Origin: an uncultured virus (IMG/VR IMGVR_UViG_3300047546_001470)
Taxonomy: Duplodnaviria > Heunggongvirae > Uroviricota > Caudoviricetes
Strand: one strand, 5' to 3'
IMG/VR virus record: IMGVR_UViG_3300047546_001470
DNA length: 64,000 bases
Made by a program: the position numbers and the translations under genes. Positions 18,250 through 28,700 of this stretch are shown here, piece by piece; within the stretch, counting starts at the first letter, position 1, and each line of letters begins with the position of its first letter. A model generated the notes under the pieces. It searched no databases. It was not told where the DNA came from and worked only from the letters and a program-made list of their open reading frames with translations.

Positions 18250-19623
18250 ATGACTATATCTAAAGGCCATTGGGCAACCAACGGCGACTCAGTAAGACTT
18301 TCCCTTCCATTTGCGAAGGTTGATAAAGAGAGACGTATCGTCTCAGGTTTTGCATCTCTTGATAATGTTGATAAACAAGGAGATATAGTTACAGCAGAAG
18401 CATCAATGAAAGCGTTTTCTGAATTTCGTGGAAACATTCGTGAAATGCATCAACCACTTGCTGTTGGTAAAATGGTTAACTTTAAAGCAGATAGATATTT
18501 TGATCCAGAATCTAAAAAGTTTTATTCAGGTGTTTTTGTTTCTGCGTATGTATCTAAGGGCGCACAAGATACATGGGAAAAAGTTTTAGACGGCACACTA
18601 ACAGGATTTTCTATTGGTGGTCGTATGAATAAATGGGACGATGGATATGATGAGAAATCAGATTCCACAATTAGAATTATTAAAGATTATGACCTTGTAG
18701 AGTTGTCACTTGTTGACTCTCCAGCAAATCAATTTGCTAATATTATGCAAGTTGAAAAAGTAGACGGAGTGCCGATTGTTAAAGGTCAAGATGTTGAATT
18801 AGAAAATGTTTTTTATGATGAAGAGTCTGGCATTGTTATGGTATCAGATCAGGAATCTGTTGCAAGTCCAATTAATGGTAATCAGATGAAAAATATAGGG
18901 TTCGTTGAAAAAACGGATAATGAAAAAATGGATATAGTCAAATTCTTAGTTGATAGTGCTAAAGGCATGAATGCTTCTAAGATAACAGAGGAGGAAAATC
19001 CTATGGCAAAGAAAACAAAAACTGTTGAAGAAACAGTTGAAGTAACTAAGTCAGAAGAGATCGCTCCAGTTGCTGAAGAAACTCAAGCAGTTGAAACTGA
19101 AAAAGCAGATGTTGTTGATGAAACAACTGAAAAGACAGATGTTGTAGAAACAACAGAAGTTGCTGAAACAGAAAAGGCTGCAAAGCATCCAGATAAGGAA
19201 ACTCCTGCAGAAGATGCAGAAGAGGGTCCAGGTGCTGAGATGGAAGAAGAGAAGAAAGCAAAGAAGAAGTCAGATGAAGTAGTTGTTGACGCAATTGCTG
19301 AAATTAGAGAAACTATTACATCGGCCTTTAGCGATCTTTCAAATACTCTTAAGTCCTTGCAGGCTGAAGTAGAAGTACTAAAGTCTACCGCAATTGACAA
19401 GGAGACAGTAAAAAGTTCGTTTGATGCAGTCGCCAGAGATATCGCTGCAACTAATGAACGATTCAGTGAGTTTGGAAAGCGTGTTGACGCAGTAGAAGCA
19501 GATACAGCATTCCGAAAGTCTGGCGATCTAGGCGAGATCGTTCAGGATCGACCACAGGAAACTATGGTTGAAAAATCCTTATGGGGCGGACGTTTCCTCA
19601 AAACAGCCGACTTATTTAATTAA
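18250..19623 (+). CDS. Prohead protease fused to an acidic scaffold domain
   Basis: VSGFAS..VDKQGD..EMH..GFSIGG..ELSLVDSPAN (HK97-type protease) followed by a Glu/Lys-rich helical C-terminus. Confidence 0.9.
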   Translation: MTISKGHWATNGDSVRLSLPFAKVDKERRIVSGFASLDNVDKQGDIVTAEASMKAFSEFRGNIREMHQPLAVGKMVNFKADRYFDPESKKFYSGVFVSAYVSKGAQDTWEKVLDGTLTGFSIGGRMNKWDDGYDEKSDSTIRIIKDYDLVELSLVDSPANQFANIMQVEKVDGVPIVKGQDVELENVFYDEESGIVMVSDQESVASPINGNQMKNIGFVEKTDNEKMDIVKFLVDSAKGMNASKITEEENPMAKKTKTVEETVEVTKSEEIAPVAEETQAVETEKADVVDETTEKTDVVETTEVAETEKAAKHPDKETPAEDAEEGPGAEMEEEKKAKKKSDEVVVDAIAEIRETITSAFSDLSNTLKSLQAEVEVLKSTAIDKETVKSSFDAVARDIAATNERFSEFGKRVDAVEADTAFRKSGDLGEIVQDRPQETMVEKSLWGGRFLKTADLFN

Positions 19624-19646
19624 GTACAAAACTCGGAGGTGACAAT

Positions 19647-20789
19647 ATGTCGGAAGAAATAAAGAAAAACCAGCCAGGAGAATCAGGCCAACTCGGTGGA
19701 ACAACACCAGGTCTTTATCAGGCACAAGGTGCATTTGCATCTGGTTCTGATGCAGGCTCAAATATCCCTGGCAATTATACTGATGGTGGCGTTCTTGGAA
19801 ATGTTCCAAACGCAAACCTAGGTCTTACAACAGGACCAAATGCAGTAAATCCTTCAGGTGAGGCTGGAAGCGGTATCCTACGCCCTGAACAGGCACAGCG
19901 TTTCATTGATTACGTTTGGGACGCTACAGTTCTCGCCCAGGATGGTCGTCGTGTCACAATGAGAGCAAACACCATGGAACTCGAAAAGATTAACGTGGGT
20001 GAACGAGTAATTCGTTCTGCTGCTCAAGGTGTCGGTGACTACACTAACACTGGTGCTACATTCAGCAAAGTTGAACTTACAACCAAGAAGATTCGTCTAG
20101 ATTGGGAAGTTACTGCTGAAGCACTCGAAGACAATGTTGAGGGGGCTGCGCTTGAAGATCATCTAGTTCGCTTGATGACAAACGCATTCGCTAATGACAT
20201 TGAAGACCTCGCTATTAATGGCGATGGTTCAACTGGAAACTTCCTTTCAATTATGAAGGGATTCGTCAAGAAGCACAAGGACAATGGAGATTCGCATGAA
20301 GTTGCGTTGACTGTTGCTGATAATGCTTGGACACCAGAAAAGATGCAAGAGATTATTCTAGGCATGCCACGTAAGTATCGTGCTCTTAAGAATAACCTCA
20401 AGTTCTATGTAGGTACAGACACATTTGCTGGTATCGTTAAGCATAATGGTACTCTTGCTGATGCAATTGCTGAAGCAATGGGTAATCGTGTTGCTGGTAC
20501 TGCTGCAAACCGTCAAGCATACCTTGATGGAAACGGCCAGACATTCGGTGGAGCACGTACAACACGTGTTCTCGGAATTGATGTCCAAGAAGTTCCTTAC
20601 TATCCAGATGGTTATGTCGATTTGACATTCCCACAGAACCGTGTATGGGGCTTCCAGCGTGATATCGTCGTTAACCGTGAATACAAGGCAAAGAAGGATA
20701 CAATTGAGTATACCGTCTTCGTCCGTTTCGGTATTCAATGGGAAGAAGAAGACGCTATTACATGGGCAGACGCTGCTTCAGATTCATAA
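19647..20789 (+). CDS. Major capsid protein (HK97 fold)
   Basis: Follows the protease; GGAGG RBS; GILRPEQAQRFID, EALEDN and DIEDLAINGD motifs; biased codon usage; hairpin downstream. Confidence 0.9.
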   Translation: MSEEIKKNQPGESGQLGGTTPGLYQAQGAFASGSDAGSNIPGNYTDGGVLGNVPNANLGLTTGPNAVNPSGEAGSGILRPEQAQRFIDYVWDATVLAQDGRRVTMRANTMELEKINVGERVIRSAAQGVGDYTNTGATFSKVELTTKKIRLDWEVTAEALEDNVEGAALEDHLVRLMTNAFANDIEDLAINGDGSTGNFLSIMKGFVKKHKDNGDSHEVALTVADNAWTPEKMQEIILGMPRKYRALKNNLKFYVGTDTFAGIVKHNGTLADAIAEAMGNRVAGTAANRQAYLDGNGQTFGGARTTRVLGIDVQEVPYYPDGYVDLTFPQNRVWGFQRDIVVNREYKAKKDTIEYTVFVRFGIQWEEEDAITWADAASDS

Positions 20790-20809
20790 TCTGTAAACAG
20801 TAACCTTTG

Positions 20810-20851
20810 AGAGGGGGCAGGGGCTAGATCTCCTCCCCCTCTTAATCTTTT
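20810..20851 (+). terminator. Probable intrinsic terminator after the capsid gene
   Basis: Imperfect GC-rich stem AGAGGGGGCAGG...CCTCCCCCTCT followed by a T-rich run. Confidence 0.7.
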
Positions 20852-20886
20852 AGTATTCTGTTATAATAGTCATAAGGAGGTTAACA

Positions 20887-21366
20887 ATGGAAGAAAATAA
20901 TGAAATAAATGAATATCAAATTCAAGATCAAAATGAAATTCAAGTTGATGAACAGCCTGAAATTCAGAATGTAGAAGAAAATCATGTAGTACCAGAAACA
21001 CATGTTGCAGAAGTTGCAGAACAACATAATATTGAGGCAACAATTTCTGCTCCTGAGCCAGAAATAACTGCTATTTCAACAAATGATTTAGCAAAGTCTT
21101 CTGCCGAAATCCAAGGTCTTGGATCTGTAGCGGATGGTGCAATTGGAGTAACTTCAGTACGTCGTACACCAGAAACTCCAAAAAACAATAAGCCTGCCAA
21201 TGAAAAAGTTGCTGTATATTCTACAAAAAATATAACAATCCCAGGTTTGGGCAAGGTGTATCGTGGTTATAATATTGTAACTAAAGATGCTGCAAATCAA
21301 TGGACAACTAAAGAATATATTAGACTTGCTACTCCAGAAGAAGTAGCGAAGGAATTTGGTAAGTAA
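20887..21366 (+). CDS. Acidic head-associated hypothetical protein
   Basis: AAGGAGG RBS; lies between the capsid and adaptor genes. Confidence 0.65.
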   Translation: MEENNEINEYQIQDQNEIQVDEQPEIQNVEENHVVPETHVAEVAEQHNIEATISAPEPEITAISTNDLAKSSAEIQGLGSVADGAIGVTSVRRTPETPKNNKPANEKVAVYSTKNITIPGLGKVYRGYNIVTKDAANQWTTKEYIRLATPEEVAKEFGK

Positions 21367-21368
21367 TA

Positions 21369-22289
21369 ATGGAAGTATTGAGAGTTCCACCCTATCCTTT
21401 AACAACAACATGGGATGTTCCCATCGCTAATTACGAATATGTTGTATATGTTGAGGATTTGGTGGATCACTCAGTAGAAAAAACAAACCTAACTTCGGGT
21501 GCAAATAGTAAAATAGTTTATGAATTGCCATTAACAAAAGTGCAATTTGACAGAGACTTTTTAATTAGATTTTATGATAGTGAAGAAGAACATATTTTAG
21601 TTGAAAGCAATTTAACTATAACAAGGCCTTACGTTAATCCAATAGAAATGGGAACAACCGCAAGCGAAATTAATGAATATCAGATGTATGAACTTATTGC
21701 AAGATCAATTATAGATACATACGTAGGAGATGGTTTTTATAATCATAAGTTAGTTATGAATACAAGCGGTAATGGAGCAGACTATTTTCCAATTTGGCAT
21801 GATTTTAATAGAGTATTAAAAGTTTATGAAAATAATATTTTAGTATACGATATAGAAAATCCAGATGATTATGATTATGAATTTAAACCTTTGTTAGATA
21901 ATTCAGCAATTTATAGAATTGAAAAAGCATATGCAAACGAAGAAAGAAATAGAACTGAAAATAATTTAACTAAGATTGCAACAGCACATGGAGATTTAGG
22001 GTATGTAGCATATGCCCCAACAGATTTTCCTAAAGGAACAGATTACACTTTTATTTTAGATGTTGGGTATCGTGCAGTGCCAGCAGACGTTGAAGTAGCA
22101 ACAAAGATGCTAATTGAAGACATTAAGTGCGGTAAGTTAGATTATTATAAGAGATATATTTCGGCATATAATACAGATCAATTTAGAATTCAATTTGATA
22201 AAGGAATGATGTCTGGAACTGGAAATCTTCTTGTAGATAAAATATTAGAAAAGTATATTAAATCAATAACTAAGCCAGGAGTTCTATAA
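21369..22289 (+). CDS. Head-tail adaptor-like protein
   Basis: IARSIIDTY..GYRAVPADVEVATKMLI..VDKILEKY pattern typical of connector proteins; synteny. Confidence 0.7.
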   Translation: MEVLRVPPYPLTTTWDVPIANYEYVVYVEDLVDHSVEKTNLTSGANSKIVYELPLTKVQFDRDFLIRFYDSEEEHILVESNLTITRPYVNPIEMGTTASEINEYQMYELIARSIIDTYVGDGFYNHKLVMNTSGNGADYFPIWHDFNRVLKVYENNILVYDIENPDDYDYEFKPLLDNSAIYRIEKAYANEERNRTENNLTKIATAHGDLGYVAYAPTDFPKGTDYTFILDVGYRAVPADVEVATKMLIEDIKCGKLDYYKRYISAYNTDQFRIQFDKGMMSGTGNLLVDKILEKYIKSITKPGVL

Positions 22290-22735
22290 TGATTTGCGAA
22301 GAACCAGACTTCGCATTCCCTATGCAAGCAGATATATACCATCCAATAGTTGAGCAGGGCGTATATGGAGAAGTTAAAAAAACTTGGATTTTAGATAGAA
22401 CAATTGCCTGTTCTTTTGCACCAGCAGGAACTGCTTTTAAAGAAGAGGTTGTTCCAAATATCAATATTACACAAGAAAAATTATTACTTGGTCGCTGTAA
22501 AACAGATGTAAGAGTTTCTAGCATGCAAGCACAAAACTCTATAACTAATGTAATTATAACTAATATCAAAGATAAAAATTGTAATGAAATTTATAAAGAA
22601 ACATCTGGACCACGTGCAGGAAAATCAACAATATTTGAAATAGCAACTCAGGATCCATATGTAGGGCCATTTGGTAACATTGAATACTATAAAATAATTA
22701 TTCGCAGATCTGAAAACCAGGCGGTTGATGTATGA
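22289..22735 (+). CDS. Putative head closure protein
   Basis: 148-aa beta-rich ORF after the adaptor, translationally coupled. Confidence 0.55.
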   Translation: MICEEPDFAFPMQADIYHPIVEQGVYGEVKKTWILDRTIACSFAPAGTAFKEEVVPNINITQEKLLLGRCKTDVRVSSMQAQNSITNVIITNIKDKNCNEIYKETSGPRAGKSTIFEIATQDPYVGPFGNIEYYKIIIRRSENQAVDV

Positions 22736-23406
22736 TAGTTAAATTTAATAATACAATGTTTAAAAAAGATATGAAAAATATTATAGATTATTCAATAGGA
22801 TTTTTAGATGGGGTTCAGGGCGGTAAAAAAGCATTTTTAAATATGTTAGGAATGGAAACAGTAGAGTTAATGAAAGAATATATTGATTCAAATGCTAGAG
22901 TAAATCCAGCCATGCTACATCACGTTTATGAATGGAATAGAGTTGGAAGTCCAGATGCTAGACTATATGACATACATTACACTTCTAGTAATCTAGGACT
23001 ATCTTTTAATTCAACCTTTAAACAGTCAACATCAATTAAAAATGGATCTAGAGTTCCTTTTTATGATAAGGCTAGAATTATGGAAGAAGGAATTCCAGTA
23101 ACAATAGTTCCTAAAAGAGCACAGGCTTTAATGTTTGATATAAATGGAGAAGAAATTTTTACTAAGCAACCAGTAGAGGTTTCTAATCCTGGAGGAAATG
23201 AAGTTCAGGGTAGTTTTGAAAAAACTTTTGATTCATTCTTTAAAAGATATTTTACTCAAGCATTTTTAAGAGCAAGCGGAGTGGCAAAATATTTAGAAAA
23301 TCCAATTGCATATAAAAAGAATTTGTCTGCTGGCAAAAAGAGCGGAAAGGTTAAAGGCTATCAAACAGGATATCGCTGGATAGCAAACGCAGGAGTTGGA
23401 AGATGA
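22732..23406 (+). CDS. Putative neck/tail completion protein
   Basis: Synteny and ATGA coupling. Confidence 0.5.
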   Translation: MIVKFNNTMFKKDMKNIIDYSIGFLDGVQGGKKAFLNMLGMETVELMKEYIDSNARVNPAMLHHVYEWNRVGSPDARLYDIHYTSSNLGLSFNSTFKQSTSIKNGSRVPFYDKARIMEEGIPVTIVPKRAQALMFDINGEEIFTKQPVEVSNPGGNEVQGSFEKTFDSFFKRYFTQAFLRASGVAKYLENPIAYKKNLSAGKKSGKVKGYQTGYRWIANAGVGR

Positions 23407-23936
23407 CAGAATCAACATCAGTATTAAATACACCAGTGTTATGGATTAATAAATACTTACAAGAAAAGTTGATAGGTTTGTTAGATGGAGAGCCTGTTCC
23501 ATTTTTCCCCACATCACCATCAACAATAGATCAGTTAACAGAAACATTTCCAGACGGAGGCGGAGCATTTTGTGTTTTTGACAGAATGTTTAGAATGCGT
23601 AGGGGTCCTTTCCCACATATTAAATGTGAACAGGTATTATATTATTTTTATGCACAGGCAAGTCAGCCAACAATTAAAATGCTTAAAATACAAGAATCTG
23701 TTTTAAGACTTTTAGATCGTGGGGATGAAAGTGCTAAAGAACTCAATGCTTGGACCAAGGGAAAGACTTTTGACGGCATGGATTGCAAATTCTACTTCCA
23801 TAACTTCAAGATATACCAATTAGAAGAGGCACGGGATATAGTCGACTTCGGAACAGCCCGAACCTATGCGGGTAATAAGATAATTATTGACTACGACTAC
23901 CATCAAATGCAGGATATAATCGATTCAATAAATTAA
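23403..23936 (+). CDS. Putative tail terminator
   Basis: 177 aa, directly upstream of the tail tube gene. Confidence 0.5.
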   Translation: MTESTSVLNTPVLWINKYLQEKLIGLLDGEPVPFFPTSPSTIDQLTETFPDGGGAFCVFDRMFRMRRGPFPHIKCEQVLYYFYAQASQPTIKMLKIQESVLRLLDRGDESAKELNAWTKGKTFDGMDCKFYFHNFKIYQLEEARDIVDFGTARTYAGNKIIIDYDYHQMQDIIDSIN

Positions 23937-24010
23937 TAAAAAGGCTGTATACTTATCAATGAGGAAACACGCCTTTTAATTTCTATAGAAAAAAAAGAGG
24001 TGAAATAAAT

Positions 24011-24643
24011 ATGGCTCTAGGTAATAGTAATAATATTATCGTTGGTGCAGCCCAGTTATGGATTGCTGATGCTCCTTTAGCAGTTGGCGGAAATCCCGCT
24101 CCTGTTTCAGGTGAAAAGTATTCAGTAACCATGGATGGTGAAACACCAGATTTCCGTTCAGTCGGATATACTATGAATGGTTTGGAACTACAGTTCCAGC
24201 CAGATTTCGGTGAAGTTCAGGTTGACCAGGTTCTTGACGTTGCTAAGTTGTTTAAGCAAGGCATGCAAGTAAACCTCAATACTACTTTTGCTGAATCCAC
24301 ATTAGAAAATCTACTTGTTGCAGTTGCGGGAGATCCTAGTGATCTTTCGGGCAGCGCAAGTTCTTCTAATGGCCAGACATTTAATATCAAATCAGGTAAT
24401 CTTGGCGAATGCCCAGTAGAGCGTGGTTTGGTTGCTGTCGGTCCAGGAACTGGTGACTGTGATGAGGGATCTAACAAGGAAAGAATTTATGTTGCATACC
24501 GTGCACTTTCAATTGAAAATGTAACAGTATCAGCAAAGCGTGATGAGGCTACAATGTTTGAAGTTTCATTCCGTCTTCTTCCAGATGATACAACAGGCTC
24601 ATACGGTAAGATCATTGATCGCACTGTAACACCAGCATCATAA
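24011..24643 (+). CDS. Major tail tube protein
   Basis: NIIVGAA..VGYTMNGLEL..VDQ..TTFAESTLENL..FEVSFRLLP siphoviral tube pattern; GAGGTG RBS; terminator downstream. Confidence 0.82.
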   Translation: MALGNSNNIIVGAAQLWIADAPLAVGGNPAPVSGEKYSVTMDGETPDFRSVGYTMNGLELQFQPDFGEVQVDQVLDVAKLFKQGMQVNLNTTFAESTLENLLVAVAGDPSDLSGSASSSNGQTFNIKSGNLGECPVERGLVAVGPGTGDCDEGSNKERIYVAYRALSIENVTVSAKRDEATMFEVSFRLLPDDTTGSYGKIIDRTVTPAS

Positions 24644-24663
24644 TACAACTTAATAATCAGATG

Positions 24664-24691
24664 GCCCAGACCCTTGAAAGTCTGGGCTTTT
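24664..24691 (+). terminator. Intrinsic terminator
   Basis: GCCCAGAC-N8-GTCTGGGC followed by TTTT. Confidence 0.85.
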
Positions 24692-24711
24692 CTGTTTGAT
24701 ATAATGAATAC

Positions 24712-25395
24712 ATGGCCACGGAAATATATGAAAGCGATTACATTAGTTTAATTGATGGAACGCAAATATATATAACCCCATTAAAAATAAAATATCTTCG
24801 TCAATTTATGAAACAGTTTGAAAATGTTGGTAAGGCAAAGGGAGATGACCAGGCAATTGGGGAATTAGCAAAATGTGCTTTAATTACAATGCAACAATAT
24901 TATCCTACTATAAAAACAATTGAACAATTAGAAGATAGCATAGACTTGTCAACAATTTATAAAATATTAGATATTGCTGCAGGTATTAAAATAGATAAAG
25001 ATTCAAAAGAAAAAGTCAAAGATCAGGCTGTAGATAGCGGATCTCCATGGGAAAAACTAGACATTGTTAAGTTAGAGTCAGAGGTATTTCTTCTTGGCAT
25101 ATGGAAAGATTATGAAGAATTAGAAACTTCAATGTCAATGCCAGAGTTAACTGCTACGCTAAATATTAAAAGAGAATTAGATTATGCAGATAAAAAATTT
25201 TATGCAGCAATTCAGGGAGTAGATTTAGATAAAAATACAAATAAATCAAATGCCTGGGAAGATATGAAGGCTAGAGTATTTAGCCGTGGCAAGGCCAAAG
25301 ACTCAAACGATATTGTTTCATTGCAAGGAGCAAATGCTCAAAAGGCTGGTTTTGGAATAGGCATGGGGTTAGAGTATGAAGAAATTTCAGATTAA
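24712..25395 (+). CDS. Tail assembly chaperone, long (GT-like) form
   Basis: Lies between tube and tape measure; its first ~95 aa are homologous to 25447..25773 and it has an extra C-terminal domain. Confidence 0.7.
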   Translation: MATEIYESDYISLIDGTQIYITPLKIKYLRQFMKQFENVGKAKGDDQAIGELAKCALITMQQYYPTIKTIEQLEDSIDLSTIYKILDIAAGIKIDKDSKEKVKDQAVDSGSPWEKLDIVKLESEVFLLGIWKDYEELETSMSMPELTATLNIKRELDYADKKFYAAIQGVDLDKNTNKSNAWEDMKARVFSRGKAKDSNDIVSLQGANAQKAGFGIGMGLEYEEISD

Positions 25396-25446
25396 AAATA
25401 AAATGGGGTTATGGTATAATTAATTCAACCTTATAAGGAGGAATTA

Positions 25447-25773
25447 ATGGCTACAACTGTGCACGAACCAAAAGAAATCGTATTAATCGACGGCACAAAA
25501 ATTAAAGTAAGACCACTTAAAATCTCTCTACTTCGTCCATTTATGAAGAAGTTTGAGGGTATTGCAGCAGTGGCTGATGATAATGAAAAGTCAATGACTC
25601 TGCTTATGGAATGTGTAGCAATTGCTATGCAACAATATAAGCCAGAGTTAGCGGAAGATTTGACTGCTCTTGAAGAGAACCTTGATCTTCCAACCGTTTA
25701 TAAGATCGTAGAAGAGGCTTCTGGAATCAAATTAACAGATGCTTCGCTAATTAGCGGTCTTGCAAACGTATAA
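25447..25773 (+). CDS. Tail assembly chaperone, short (G-like) form
   Basis: LIDGT..PLKI..LR.FMK.FE..C..I.MQQY..DL.T.YKI...A.GIK shared with the upstream gene; strong AAGGAGG RBS. Confidence 0.7.
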   Translation: MATTVHEPKEIVLIDGTKIKVRPLKISLLRPFMKKFEGIAAVADDNEKSMTLLMECVAIAMQQYKPELAEDLTALEENLDLPTVYKIVEEASGIKLTDASLISGLANV

Positions 25774-25799
25774 ACTTAATAATATAGAGGTGTTATGGA

Positions 25800-28700
25800 A
25801 TGGCTGATGTTCAATCTAATATTCATGTAAATATAGATACGTCTGAAGCATTAGCCAGCATAAAAGCATTACAAAAGCAAATATCAGCCTTCCATACATC
25901 AATGGCGAAGAGCGGTGCTGCAGCAGCAGCCATCTCCGCCAATATGCAACAAAACTTAATCAACTCTCTTAATGCTACAGGCAAATGGTCTGCTTCTATG
26001 CGGACTGTTAGAACTACTACAGAGTCTTTTACAAATGCATTAGAAAAAAATAAATTATCTATGCGGGATTATTACCGCTATTCAATGGGTGCAACAAAAA
26101 CATTTGGAAGGTTTTTTAGATCAGAATTTGATACGATAAATAAAGTTGCAAGAGAACGTGTAAAAGATTTACAAACTCAATATATTAAATTAGGTAGAGA
26201 TGCCAACGGAGCAATGAAAGCAATTGCCGTTAGACCACTGGCACTCGATATGAAAAACCTTGGAACACAAACTGCTGTTGCTGCACAAAGACAGGCACTG
26301 CTTAATCAATTATTAAAGCAGGGCGCTACAAATATGCTCAATTTTGGTAAAAATACTCAGTGGGCTGGTCGTCAGTTAATGGTTGGTTTTACAATACCAT
26401 TGGCATATCTTGGAACTGCAGCAGCAAAAACATTTATGAAGTTAGAAGAACAGGCAATTAGATTTAAACGTGTTTACGGTGAAATGTTTACAACTGGCGA
26501 AGAAACAGATAAAATGCTTAAGGAAATTCAATTACTTGCCAAAGAGTTTACCAAATATGGAGTTGCTGTTGAAAAGACAATGGAGATGGCTGCCACTGCT
26601 GCTGCAAGCGGTAAGATGGGTGCAGATCTTTTAGCACAAGTAAATGAGGCAACCAGACTTTCAGTTTTGGGCGGAGTAGAACAAGAACAGGCATTAGAAA
26701 CCACTATATCATTAACAAACGCTTTTGGTTTAGCATCAGAAGATCTTGCAAAAAAGATTAACTTCTTAAACGCAGTAGAAAACCAAACAGTTGTTTCTAT
26801 TGAAGATTTAACTATTGCCATTCCAAAAGCAGGTCCAGTTGTTAAGCAATTAGGTGGAGATGTTGAAGACTTAGCGTTCTTCTTAACTGCTATGAAAGAA
26901 GGCGGAATTAATGCTTCAGAAGGTGCTAACGCATTAAAATCTGGTTTAGCATCATTAATTAATCCAACAGAAAAAGCATCAAAAATGCTTGGTGGTATGG
27001 GTATAAACATACAAGGGATTGTTGAAGCAAATAAGGGAAACGTTAAAGGCATTGTTGTTGATTTTGCTAATGCATTAAATACTCTTGATCCATTAAACCG
27101 TGCCCGTGCAATTGAACAACTATTTGGTAAATTCCAATTTTCACGTTTGTCTACATTATTTAACAATGTGGTTGCTGAAGGAAATCAAGCAAACCGTGTT
27201 TTAACATTAACTAAAGCAACTACAGAAGAACTTGCTATATTATCTGAACGAGAATTGTCTAGAGTTGAAGAGTCTACCACATATAAGTTTAAGAAAACAA
27301 TAGAAGATTTAAAGGTAACTCTTGCTCCAGTAGGAGAGCAGTTCCTAAAAGCAATAACTCCAATTGTAGAGTTTGTTAGCAAGATATTAGATAAATTTAA
27401 TAATTTAGGAGACGGTACAAAGAAATTTGTTGTTATATTAACAACTCTTTTAGGTGGAATAGGTCCAGTATTACTTATGACATTTGGTTTATTGGCTAAC
27501 GGTTTGGCTAATATTATTAAACTATTTGTAAGCATGAAGTCTGTATTTAATAGGGCTGGACAATCTTCTACTGTATTAGGAAATCAAACACAATTTTTAA
27601 CTGCTGAACAAGCACAAGCAACTGCCGTAGCAGCATCATTAGAACAGGTACACGTAAAATTACAACAAACCTTTACGTCTGAGGTTGCTGCACTTAACGC
27701 ATTAACACAAGCATATCAAAGAGCAATTGCAGCACAAAGAGGTTTTGGAGGACCAATTGTTGGTAAAGGTAGAAAAGGTTTTGCAGAAGGAACTAAAAAA
27801 GTAAAACCATTTTATTTCGCTACTGGTACTGATTCAGTTCCTGCAATGCTTACGCCTGGTGAAGCAGTAATTCCAGCAGGACCAGCACAAGATCCAAGAA
27901 ATAAGCCAGCGATCTCACATATGATTGCGGGTGGAGTAATGTCACAATTTTCTACAGGTACAAAAGGTGCTGGAGATTTCTCTCATATAGGAAATCCTAG
28001 GACAGTTGGAGCATTAGATTTAGTTAATAAGTTAAAGGCATTACCTGCTGGAATTATTAGTGCAAGAGCAATGCAAGCCATCGAAGCAGTTGCTATGAAG
28101 TTTGCAAATACACTAAAGATTAATCTTTATGGAAAACTTGGCATAACAACTGGTATGTCTAATGTAGATGGACGACAAGTGTCGATGAACAACCTAATGA
28201 AGCCAGGCGGACGTGGTGTTGCTAAAGGCGAATTTATGCAAGACTGGGATCAAAGAGGTTTATCAAGATGGAAGATTGCATTAAAAAATGGTGGAATGAA
28301 AATGCAAGATGTTGCTGCAGATCTTTCTATTTTAGATACTCATATGAAAGATTATCTGACAAGTCTTGATGCAAATACTAGAATAACTGACACACATGTA
28401 AAAGAAGCATATGAATATAGTCGCAGAAAGATGGGCGCAGAAAATAGACTTATTAAAGCATTTGATCAGTTAGCAGTAACTGCTGGAGAAGCAAGAATTA
28501 ATATTTCTCAAGCAGCACAGAGAATGGCAGGATTGCCAACTGCTGCTGGCGGAGGAAGTAAAGGTGCGGTAGATGTAGGCGGAATGAAGATTCGTCGTGG
28601 CGGAGATAGATTTACATTTTATAAGAAGACAGGATTTAGCCTTGTAGATTTTGCAGAAAAGAGCATGGTAGAAGGAATGATGGAGAGAGCACAAGTTGCA

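Noticed and set aside
24712..25800. Programmed -1 frameshift joining the chaperone ORFs
   Set aside because: The ORFs do not overlap, the long form comes first, each has its own start signals, and no slippery site is needed to explain them.
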